Virus record (IMG/VR): IMGVR_UViG_3300030372_001717
From: an uncultured virus (IMG/VR IMGVR_UViG_3300030372_001717)
Lineage: Duplodnaviria > Heunggongvirae > Uroviricota > Caudoviricetes
Strand: one strand, 5' to 3'
DNA: 64,000 nucleotides
Under the pieces are notes generated by a model that saw only the letters and a program-made list of their open reading frames with translations, was not told the DNA's origin and ran no database searches. The position numbers and the translations under genes were made by a program. Every line of letters begins with the position of its first letter. Within the stretch, counting starts at the first letter, position 1. Of the stretch, positions 27,143 through 34,274 are shown in pieces.

Positions 27143-27658
27143 CTATTTCGGATTAATTTTGGCGTAGAAGATGTGTGCGCCGATTTGGTCCCGGCGTTCC
27201 AGGATCTTGGTCCATGGTGGCTGGACATAGGTCGCGTGGTAGTGTGTAGCGTCTTCGATACCGACAAGCTTTAGATTAGTAGAGAGAAGCGTCTTAGCTA
27301 GGTCTAGAGCCTGATCTAGGGCATCTTCGTCCGTCGCCTCCTCTGGCTTGCCGTCGCACCAGTAGCTGAACTGGCACTTGTGTTTGACGGGCGCATTGCC
27401 CCAGTAGCGGCCTTGACGCACGACAGCGCATACCGTGTTGGGATAGTCCGGGTGACGCACCCTGTTCTGTATGACGACGCCCACGGCTAACATGCCACGC
27501 CATCCCTCGCCCCGCGCTTCAAAGTACATGGCCTCCGCCATGCACCTCTGTGACGCCTCATCAAAAGAGTAGGGTTGCGAACTTGCAGGAAATGCCGCGC
27601 AGGAAAAAAATAGAGCCGTGGATAATCCCGTGGATAATCCCGCCAGTAAAGTTTTCAT
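27143..27658 (-). CDS. SleB-like cell wall hydrolase with signal peptide
   Basis: CMAEAMYFEARGE, VIQNRV, CQFSYWCDG, ATHYHATYVQPPW, IGAHIFY. Confidence 0.85.
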   Translation of the reverse strand: MKTLLAGLSTGLSTALFFSCAAFPASSQPYSFDEASQRCMAEAMYFEARGEGWRGMLAVGVVIQNRVRHPDYPNTVCAVVRQGRYWGNAPVKHKCQFSYWCDGKPEEATDEDALDQALDLAKTLLSTNLKLVGIEDATHYHATYVQPPWTKILERRDQIGAHIFYAKINPK

Positions 27659-27876
27659 TTTATAAGTTTCTTCGATTTAATGACGGCTTTGGGGATGCTC
27701 ATCATTCCCTGGTAGTATTTCGCGCCATCATAACTGCCAGCAACGGTCAACATATCCTTGGTTTCGTCAATTAGGAAACCTACCGTTTCGCAGAGGGTGC
27801 CGTCCTGTTTGGGTGGGTCATCCCATCCCGCGCCCTGTGACCATGCGTCGAGCCATTTGATAAGATAAATTTTCAT
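27655..27876 (-). CDS. small phage protein
   Basis: IKWLDA...CETVGFL...IPKAVI. Confidence 0.6.
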   Translation of the reverse strand: MKIYLIKWLDAWSQGAGWDDPPKQDGTLCETVGFLIDETKDMLTVAGSYDGAKYYQGMMSIPKAVIKSKKLIK

Positions 27877-28013
27877 CTCTTTAACTGCCTCAAGACTTTC
27901 CAGCTTAGTTCAATGAGCGTGGGTGAGTAAACACCGGGGCTGGTGATGACGTGGATGGCTTCCTGCCGCAGGCGGTCCAAGGTGCGTTGGTAGCTGTAAA
28001 CACCGGGGCTCAT
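27873..28013 (-). CDS. hypothetical 46-aa protein
   Basis: GGAGG RBS; MSPGVYS...; ATGA coupling. Confidence 0.45.
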   Translation of the reverse strand: MSPGVYSYQRTLDRLRQEAIHVITSPGVYSPTLIELSWKVLRQLKR

Positions 28014-28225
28014 TTTTTTAACCTCCAGATGATGTATTTGTCTCCGCACTTGCCCGTCTCGGGTTCGCATATCTGCCCTGGAATAGATTCGGCTTTGGGG
28101 TTGGGCGGTTGTGGGCTGACATAGTGCCACGTTGCGCCATCTTTTATCTGTTGGATGGCCGTATCAAAAAATTTCTCATTCTCAATTAAAAAAACAAGAA
28201 CTGGAACGGCAAGTAATGCAATCAT
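28010..28225 (-). CDS. small exported/membrane protein
   Basis: MIALLAVPVLVFL...; GAGGAG RBS. Confidence 0.5.
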   Translation of the reverse strand: MIALLAVPVLVFLIENEKFFDTAIQQIKDGATWHYVSPQPPNPKAESIPGQICEPETGKCGDKYIIWRLKK

Positions 28226-28389
28226 ATTTCTATCTCCTCTATTGGGGTAACCCATTTCAAGACGCCCTCACTGTCGCATAGAGCGCACTGTGTAATTCTC
28301 TCTTGGCCTTGGTCATCCTTTTTTCTTAGGAACCCATTGCCAAAACATTCTGGACATACGCCTAATGCGGCGGCTGATTTTTCTTCCAT
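28222..28389 (-). CDS. 55-aa zinc-finger microprotein (not in ORF track)
   Basis: CPECFGNG...CALCDSEG; AGGAGG RBS directly after the array. Confidence 0.6.
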   Translation of the reverse strand: MEEKSAAALGVCPECFGNGFLRKKDDQGQERITQCALCDSEGVLKWVTPIEEIEI

Positions 28390-28401
28390 AACATCCTCCT
28401 A

Positions 28402-28921
28402 ATTTTCACTCGCTGGTCTTGGTTCTCTCAAGGTACTCTGGTTCATTCAGGCATATTGGTTCTCTCCGCAGTCGTGGTTCATTCAATCGTTCATTTTGGT
28501 TCTCTCTCCGCATTTGATTCATTCTCATTTTCTGGTTTGCTTGGTTATCCTGATTCATTCGCACGATCTGTTTCCGTCAGAGGTTTTGATTCATTCCCGA
28601 TAGATGGTTCTCTCATTCTGCTTAATTCATTCCAAACCAATGGTTCTCTTAGCCTATTTAATTCACTCTCGATGGATGGTTCTCTCATGCACGTTGGTTC
28701 ATTCGCCTTCATTGGTTCTCTCGGGTTCGCATGGTTCATTCGTAATCGCTGTTTCTATCGACGACCTTGGTTCATTCATTGTTTTTGTTTCTATTAGGTG
28801 CTCTGGTTCATTCGTCGTCTGTGGTTCTCTCTGAATTGCTGATTCATTCATTATCAATGGTTCTCTCGGATATACTGATTCATTCATTGCTCCTGGTTCT
28901 CTCGGCAAAGTTGATTAGAAC
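28402..28921 (-). ncRNA. TIGR-like tandem interspaced guide RNA array, 14 units of ~36 nt
   Basis: Alternating 10-nt repeats GAGAGAACCA and GAATGAA(C/T)CA separated by 28 different spacers (mostly 8 nt; two 9 nt; one 12 nt). Confidence 0.85.
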
Positions 28922-29721
28922 GGACACTCCATTTTATGCACATGATCCGCGTGAGCAAAGACATATGGAACGGGTGCAGGTTTGTTGTAATGGTGCTCGT
29001 ACCATGCCTCGTGAAGATGGCTTAAAAACATCTTGACGGCGTACCGCTTGGCCCGTGCGTGGATATGTGCAGGGGGTAGCTTGCCAACGGAGTAAGCTTT
29101 GTAGGCATCCGTTGTTTTGCCAATGTTGAACTTCTCAAGCTTGGCGGCGGCTTGGTCTGCAAACTCACCGTTCTCATTGCGGATGAGTTCGTCAGCTTTG
29201 CGGTCCTTGTACAAGTGTCCATACACCGCTGTTTCTTTACCAGATACCTTTACGAATGATTCGCCTAGCTTCCAGCAAAGAGTTTTGAGGCTGGCATTGT
29301 GCGGACGTTTTGTACCCTTCTTCCATTCGCTGGTAGGATCTAAACCAGCATACCGCCAGATGGACCCGGCTGTATTGGCCTTTGTTATATCAATGTGAGC
29401 CAAGAGCCCTGCTGCGATAACAGGTCCGACGCCGTCTACGCTTCTGATCCGTTGGCCGATAGGATGGCCTGCCGAATAAACGTCGAGCGCACCTTTAACT
29501 TGGTTCTCTAGCACGGATGACTGCTCACCAAGCCATGTCAGAACGTCGTGTGGTTCGTTGTCCATGGACCGTACCTGACCTGCCGCCCGTATGCGGTCAT
29601 CTTGCATTTGGTAGTAGGAATCTACCAGAAACCTTGCTTCGTTTTCGGTAATGGTGACAGAAGCCTTTTTCATGTCTGACTTCAGTTTCTGTACGGGGGT
29701 CAATTCATATGGCTGTTGCAT
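28915..29721 (-). CDS. TasA-like Nop-domain (IS110-related) RNA-binding protein without nuclease domain
   Basis: LVDSYYQMQDDRIR coiled coil; SVDGVGPVIAAGLLA; IWRYAGLDP; HIHARAKRYAVKMFLSHL; no DEDD/RuvC or HNH; array directly downstream. Confidence 0.8.
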   Translation of the reverse strand: MQQPYELTPVQKLKSDMKKASVTITENEARFLVDSYYQMQDDRIRAAGQVRSMDNEPHDVLTWLGEQSSVLENQVKGALDVYSAGHPIGQRIRSVDGVGPVIAAGLLAHIDITKANTAGSIWRYAGLDPTSEWKKGTKRPHNASLKTLCWKLGESFVKVSGKETAVYGHLYKDRKADELIRNENGEFADQAAAKLEKFNIGKTTDAYKAYSVGKLPPAHIHARAKRYAVKMFLSHLHEAWYEHHYNKPAPVPYVFAHADHVHKMECPF

Positions 29722-30014
29722 TATTCTTCATCCTCTTCTGTTAGCATAGCCGCTAACACCGCTTGCCTGCGGCGTTCTTCAGCTAATGATATTACGGGTG
29801 CTTTGGTAAAGTGCTCTAATGTTTCAATGGCTCTGTCCAATTTGGGCAGAAGCTCATTAACCGCTTGTCTTAGTTTCTTGCGGTCCACTTTACGTTCAAT
29901 GTCGTGGGCCTCCGTGTAATTAGCCCACTCACTTAATGATTCGAGGGACGCGGTCACAGATGCAATCAACGTGACGGCGGTCTCTAGTTGTTTTTCGGGG
30001 GAGGTGTCTGTCAC
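29721..30014 (-). CDS. hypothetical helical protein
   Basis: Coupled to the TasA-like gene by TAATG overlap. Confidence 0.55.
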   Translation of the reverse strand: MTDTSPEKQLETAVTLIASVTASLESLSEWANYTEAHDIERKVDRKKLRQAVNELLPKLDRAIETLEHFTKAPVISLAEERRRQAVLAAMLTEEDEE

Positions 30015-30229
30015 TTGTTTTCTCCCGAAAGTTCTTCAACAGCGTTGTGCAATCTCCAAAAGGCTGACTGCAACTTGCGATAGTCCGACAAGTACATGTC
30101 CCCCTCCATCTCATTTAAATTTCTAATGGGGTCACACACTAAGGGTTCAAGACGTTTAATAAACTCAGGGTAAGTAACGTACTCGTTCCAAGACCATTGA
30201 ATAGTATTTTTTGGTTGACGTTTTTTCAT
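30011..30229 (-). CDS. hypothetical protein
   Basis: 72 aa, coupled to neighbours. Confidence 0.5.
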   Translation of the reverse strand: MKKRQPKNTIQWSWNEYVTYPEFIKRLEPLVCDPIRNLNEMEGDMYLSDYRKLQSAFWRLHNAVEELSGENK

Positions 30230-30420
30230 CAGTTGGCCTCCCTCATCCGCTGTTCTTGAAGCTTGCGGATCTTATCCTTCCAGATGGCCTTCACCTCTGG
30301 ATCATGGGCCAAGGACAGAACTCTCTTGCATCTTGCAATGCGCTGCTCTGTCGGTGAGGTCGGAAACATTCCCGTATGCAAAGCGTGGAAAGCTTCCAGG
30401 ACTCTTTCTATTTCAGTCAT
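30229..30420 (-). CDS. hypothetical protein
   Basis: AAGGAG RBS; MTEIERVL... Confidence 0.5.
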   Translation of the reverse strand: MTEIERVLEAFHALHTGMFPTSPTEQRIARCKRVLSLAHDPEVKAIWKDKIRKLQEQRMREAN

Positions 30421-30486
30421 TGACAACTCCTTTATGTGAATAGTCCCATATAAATACATACACACAAAAAGCTTGTCAACTATTTT

Positions 30487-30693
30487 TTATTGGAATGTGG
30501 GAGGGTCTTCTTCGTCGTAACCTTGAGTGACCATATCTTCGATAGAAGCGTAGCACCAAACACAAAAAGCAACAGGTAAGATTCCAAAGCTCCCTGCAAT
30601 CCCGCCCTCTGCATCCATGTCAAATTCACTGTCACAGATGGAGCACGTAAAAATTAACCCTGGCCCCTCTTCTTTTTCTTCATCGTCCGCCAT
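30487..30693 (-). CDS. small acidic CxxC...CxxC protein
   Basis: CSIC...EGGIAGSFGILPVAFCVWC. Confidence 0.55.
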   Translation of the reverse strand: MADDEEKEEGPGLIFTCSICDSEFDMDAEGGIAGSFGILPVAFCVWCYASIEDMVTQGYDEEDPPTFQ

Positions 30694-30797
30694 GCTGATT
30701 TAGGCCCTAATGTCTTACGTCCATTTAAAGGTCTAAGTTTGTTACGCCGTCGCGTCCTTTTCTCAGGAGTGTAAGAAGAAATAAGTTTTTTAGCCAT
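30654..30797 (-). CDS. 47-aa basic peptide (not in ORF track)
   Basis: GAGG RBS; MAKKLISSYTPEKRTRRRNKLRPLNGRK... Confidence 0.45.
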   Translation of the reverse strand: MAKKLISSYTPEKRTRRRNKLRPLNGRKTLGPKSAWRTMKKKKRGQG

Positions 30798-30809
30798 GGT
30801 TTCCTCATT

Positions 30810-30910
30810 AAAGAACGGCCAGACTTTTTAGGGTCTGGCCGCGAGGTGTAGATGGGGAGCGTAAAGGAGTCAGCAAAACGCCCCCCACCACAGGGAGGTC
30901 TGTGGTATGG
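30810..30910 (-). ncRNA. candidate three-hairpin sRNA with anti-SD loops
   Basis: Hairpins at 30888-30905 (loop ACCUCC), 30853-30887 (loop contains ACUCCUUU) and 30816-30841 followed by UUCUUU. Confidence 0.5.
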
Positions 30911-30948
30911 GGATTATCATTCAACTTTTTTAACATATTGTTACTGAA

Positions 30949-31560
30949 TCAATCAAACAATTCTGTCTGATTTCCCCATGTATCCCAGCCCTCTCTGTTT
31001 TTTCTAGCAAATAATTCGATTCGTTTCGTTTCCGTTCCCATTAGGTTGCCGATTCGTTCGGCTACTTCGTCTGGTTTTCTAGAATGCTCTCTCCTTGGTG
31101 CCACAACCAACCTGCGGACAGACTTAGAATGACGTTCGGGTTTGCCCCTAGTCGCTAATAGACAAATTTCTGGGTTGGCCCGTGTCCAGTATCCCATGCC
31201 CGTAAAAAAATCACTTTGATTAAACAATAGTTCGTCTGCCGTCTTGTTTAGTTTGGCCCACACAAACGCCACTGTTTTATATGTAAAACCCCAAGCTTTA
31301 ATTGTTTCTATAGCTTCAGGCAATAAAGGGTCCGTCGCCCACATAAACAAAGCGCAGTCAGCGTCAGCAATGTCTGCTACGGGCATTGCCTTAACGTCAT
31401 CAAGATTCATGCAGTCGTAATGTTGTTCTGGGGAGCGGTCCTTGCCTTTGTCGCTCCACGTCCGGAAGGTCCAGGGAGGGTCCGCGTAAATTACCCCATA
31501 CTTCTTATCAATAGATTGAAACAATGAGTAGGCTAACCGTGTAAAAAGCGGCCAATGCAA
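30949..31560 (-). CDS. MT-A70 family N6-adenine methyltransferase (start uncertain)
   Basis: YADPPW, LFMWAT, GMGYWTRANPE, REHSRKP, IELFAR. Confidence 0.88.
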   Translation of the reverse strand: MHWPLFTRLAYSLFQSIDKKYGVIYADPPWTFRTWSDKGKDRSPEQHYDCMNLDDVKAMPVADIADADCALFMWATDPLLPEAIETIKAWGFTYKTVAFVWAKLNKTADELLFNQSDFFTGMGYWTRANPEICLLATRGKPERHSKSVRRLVVAPRREHSRKPDEVAERIGNLMGTETKRIELFARKNREGWDTWGNQTELFD

Positions 31561-31569
31561 ATACTGCCG

Positions 31570-31731
31570 TCATTTTCTAACTCCTTTTTTTGATTTCTCA
31601 TCCTCTTTAATTTTCTCAAGGATGTAGGTGAACTGACCAGATAATGTCCGGTGCTCTTTCTGCGCCATGTCTTTTAATTGTTTGTAGCTCTCTAGTGGCA
31701 CTACAACGCTTTTCCATTTATCCGGGTTCAT
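31570..31731 (-). CDS. 53-aa ribbon-helix-helix (Arc-like) regulator (not in ORF track)
   Basis: MNPDKWKSVVVPLESYKQLKDMAQKEHRTLSGQFTYIL... Confidence 0.65.
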   Translation of the reverse strand: MNPDKWKSVVVPLESYKQLKDMAQKEHRTLSGQFTYILEKIKEDEKSKKGVRK

Positions 31732-33659
31732 TTTTCTTCCCTTTCTTCTGAGACAATATCGGATTTATCTACGTTAGTCAAGCTTCCCCAGTTGGGTCCA
31801 AGCGAGATATCACTGGGGGACGGCACCTCTAATTCCACGGATGATTCCATTATCTTACAGAGTTCTTCTGCTTCTTGTTTATTAGACACAGAAAAAGCTA
31901 ATTCATCGTGAATTTGTACCAGCGGCACCTTACCTTTCTCACGGTATATTGCGGCCATGCTGGCCTTGGTTTGGTCCGCTGCGCTTGACTGGATAAGCCT
32001 GTTCAACGCCTTGTATGTGTACGCTCTCTTTATATTGTCGCCATACTCAAGGTGCGCCTCTTCTCTAGGTAATGCCTTGGCAGATACAAAAACATTCGGT
32101 TCCCACAGATCAAAACGGCACTTACGGCCTAACAAGGATCTAACAAACCCGCCCTTGTCCCGGTGCGAGACCTTACGCTGTACAGCATCCATAAGTTCTT
32201 TTACGAACGGCACGTCACCATGATATTTAGAAATAAGCTTCTTTGCGTCCTCTAACGTTATGTCTAACTGTTCAGCAAGCTTCGTTTGTCCCATGCCGTA
32301 CATGATGCCAAGGTTTATGGTCTTTGCCTGCTTACGTGGAATCTCTGCAATGTCGGCTACCATCTGATGGAAGTCGGTATCTTGTTTTGTTTTATAGGCG
32401 TCAACAAAAGTATCGGACCCAGACAGCCCCCGGTTCGTGAGGCTTGCAAAATGTACCAAAATGCGTGGTTCTTGCTGATCAAAGTCCATAGAAGCCCACT
32501 GTTCCCCCTCTTCAGGCAGAAACAGTCCGCGTATCTTTCTAGCCATTTCTGGGTTACGTGCAGGAATTTGTTGAAGGTTTGGGTTAGCCATGGATATGCG
32601 TCCGGATACGGTTCCTCCGCCTTCGCTTCGTAGCTGGTTTATGTGACCGTGGATGCGCCCGTTCTCTGCATACCGAAAGATACTCGACAGGAAGGTGTTA
32701 CCTATTTTGTCGTACTCTCGCGCCTCTGCAATCTTCTGAGCTATCGGATGCTCATGCTGTGACAGAAAGTTTTTTGTAAAACTAGGCAAGCCCGTCTTGG
32801 TGCGGCCATATGGTATATCAAGATGGTCAAACACCTTTGCAATAGATGCCGCCGCCCATAGCTCTACATCCATGCCCGTTTCTTTTTTAACGGAGGTCAG
32901 GAGCTTCTTCACCACTTTTATCATGTCTTGCTTGAGGCGTTCCGCAGCATCTAAATCAACGCGGATGCCCCGTCTTGTCATCTCAATGCACAAAGGAAGA
33001 ACCTCTGATTCAAGGTTAAAAACCTGCCACAGGTCCTCCTTGGTCAGTTCATTCTTAAACAACTGCCACAATTCTAGCGTCAGCCTAGCGTCGGCCTCTG
33101 CATACTCACCCACAAAACAGGCAGGAAGCTTGTACATCTCGCCCTTGGGGTCCACGCCAAACTCTTGCGCGGCCTCTCTGAGAGCGGCTTCACTCTTCAT
33201 TTGTCCCGTGTAGTCGTAAGAGACTGCATTTAGAGAATAGCTGTAGCGGTTTTCGTTCAACAGCGGAGCCGCCAACATAGCGTCAATAATCTGGCCCTCT
33301 AGTTCTATGCCAAGCCAGCCTAACCAGCCAACGTCGTATGCTGCATTGTAGAAAATTTTGTCAGACGGGTGCTTGGCTATCTCTTTTTCAAACCAACGCA
33401 TGACCAGCTTACGGTCTAGATTGCCGCCGCCCTCATGGGCAATGGGCAGATAGGCGTTAAAACCTTCGTATGCTACTGCAATCCCGACAACGTCTCCGTG
33501 ACCCGTAGGCCATCCAGGCCCGTGGGACTTGAGCCGTGGGTCCTTAGTCTCCAAGTCAATTGCTATCTCTTTGATGCCCGTAGGTGTAACCGGGAGTTCT
33601 TCTACAGGAACCCATTCCGTCTTTACACCCCAAGTGGGCCTTCTAAGATTCTTCTTCAT
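31728..33659 (-). CDS. polA: family A DNA polymerase with 3'-5' exonuclease
   Basis: ExoI DLET; motif A DFDQQEPRIL; motif B KQAKTINLGIMYG; motif C IHDEL. Confidence 0.93.
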   Translation of the reverse strand: MKKNLRRPTWGVKTEWVPVEELPVTPTGIKEIAIDLETKDPRLKSHGPGWPTGHGDVVGIAVAYEGFNAYLPIAHEGGGNLDRKLVMRWFEKEIAKHPSDKIFYNAAYDVGWLGWLGIELEGQIIDAMLAAPLLNENRYSYSLNAVSYDYTGQMKSEAALREAAQEFGVDPKGEMYKLPACFVGEYAEADARLTLELWQLFKNELTKEDLWQVFNLESEVLPLCIEMTRRGIRVDLDAAERLKQDMIKVVKKLLTSVKKETGMDVELWAAASIAKVFDHLDIPYGRTKTGLPSFTKNFLSQHEHPIAQKIAEAREYDKIGNTFLSSIFRYAENGRIHGHINQLRSEGGGTVSGRISMANPNLQQIPARNPEMARKIRGLFLPEEGEQWASMDFDQQEPRILVHFASLTNRGLSGSDTFVDAYKTKQDTDFHQMVADIAEIPRKQAKTINLGIMYGMGQTKLAEQLDITLEDAKKLISKYHGDVPFVKELMDAVQRKVSHRDKGGFVRSLLGRKCRFDLWEPNVFVSAKALPREEAHLEYGDNIKRAYTYKALNRLIQSSAADQTKASMAAIYREKGKVPLVQIHDELAFSVSNKQEAEELCKIMESSVELEVPSPSDISLGPNWGSLTNVDKSDIVSEEREEK

Positions 33660-33661
33660 TA

Positions 33662-33961
33662 CTAAGGCCTTTGTCCTCTTTTCTCAGCGTCACCAATGTG
33701 GCAGTCCAACGCGACGGCAGCATAACCTGCACCGTCCGTGTAATCGTCCTCGTTAAAACTGCCTAACTTACGTCTAGCGATTTTTAAAAGTTCCATCATG
33801 TTGGCAACATCTTCTGCATTAAGATGTCTTTTATCGTGTAGGTAACCGTTCCAAAGGTGGGCAATGTTATCGTGGTTTTTCCACATTGACCCGTGAGTAT
33901 CGGCCCGGTCTCCGCTAATGAGTTGTAACGCTTTCTCCAAAACTTTCTGCGCGGACATCAT
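33662..33961 (-). CDS. DUF6378-like protein
   Basis: GDRADTHG...NIAHLW...DVANMMELLKIAR...DDYTDGAGYAA. Confidence 0.7.
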   Translation of the reverse strand: MMSAQKVLEKALQLISGDRADTHGSMWKNHDNIAHLWNGYLHDKRHLNAEDVANMMELLKIARRKLGSFNEDDYTDGAGYAAVALDCHIGDAEKRGQRP

Positions 33962-34274
33962 AAATTCTCCTCTCTACTATTTTTATTCCAAACGACATGG
34001 CTTTAAGAACGCCCACCTCCATTCCGGGGGTCATACCAAGGTCAAGGTACAAAGCACACAAATCCGCGACCTCGTACCATGGCGTGGCTAGATCAAGCCC
34101 TAAGTCACGTTCTTCTTTTACCCTATCGTCTAGAACTTGGGTATAAAGTAGGTGTGACGCAAAAGGCGACTCGTCCCGTGACATAGAATCTAAAAGACAG
34201 TTCTTTGCGTAATGAACGTTTTCAGGTGTCCCGCCACTGTACGGGCTTTCGATTATAACTCTCATATGGCCCAC
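33915..34274 (-). CDS. nucleoside deoxyribosyltransferase-like fold protein
   Basis: VIIESPYSG, ESPFASHLLYTQVLDD, GMTPGM. Confidence 0.55.
   Translation of the reverse strand: MGHMRVIIESPYSGGTPENVHYAKNCLLDSMSRDESPFASHLLYTQVLDDRVKEERDLGLDLATPWYEVADLCALYLDLGMTPGMEVGVLKAMSFGIKIVERRIYDVRAESFGESVTTH

Noticed and set aside
26968..27267. 99-aa ORF
   Set aside because: Overlaps the SleB-like gene out of frame and crosses the regulatory cluster
28402..28921. CRISPR array
   Set aside because: Repeats are 10 nt, alternate between two types and flank 8-nt spacers; no cas genes in the window
28456..29036. ORFs across the array (NEP/REP-repeat peptides and antisense ORFs)
   Set aside because: By-products of the 18/36-nt period; irregular spacers shift the frame
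28915..29721. IS110 transposase / insertion sequence
   Set aside because: No N-terminal DEDD domain or catalytic SG motif; coupled within a phage operon and followed by an array
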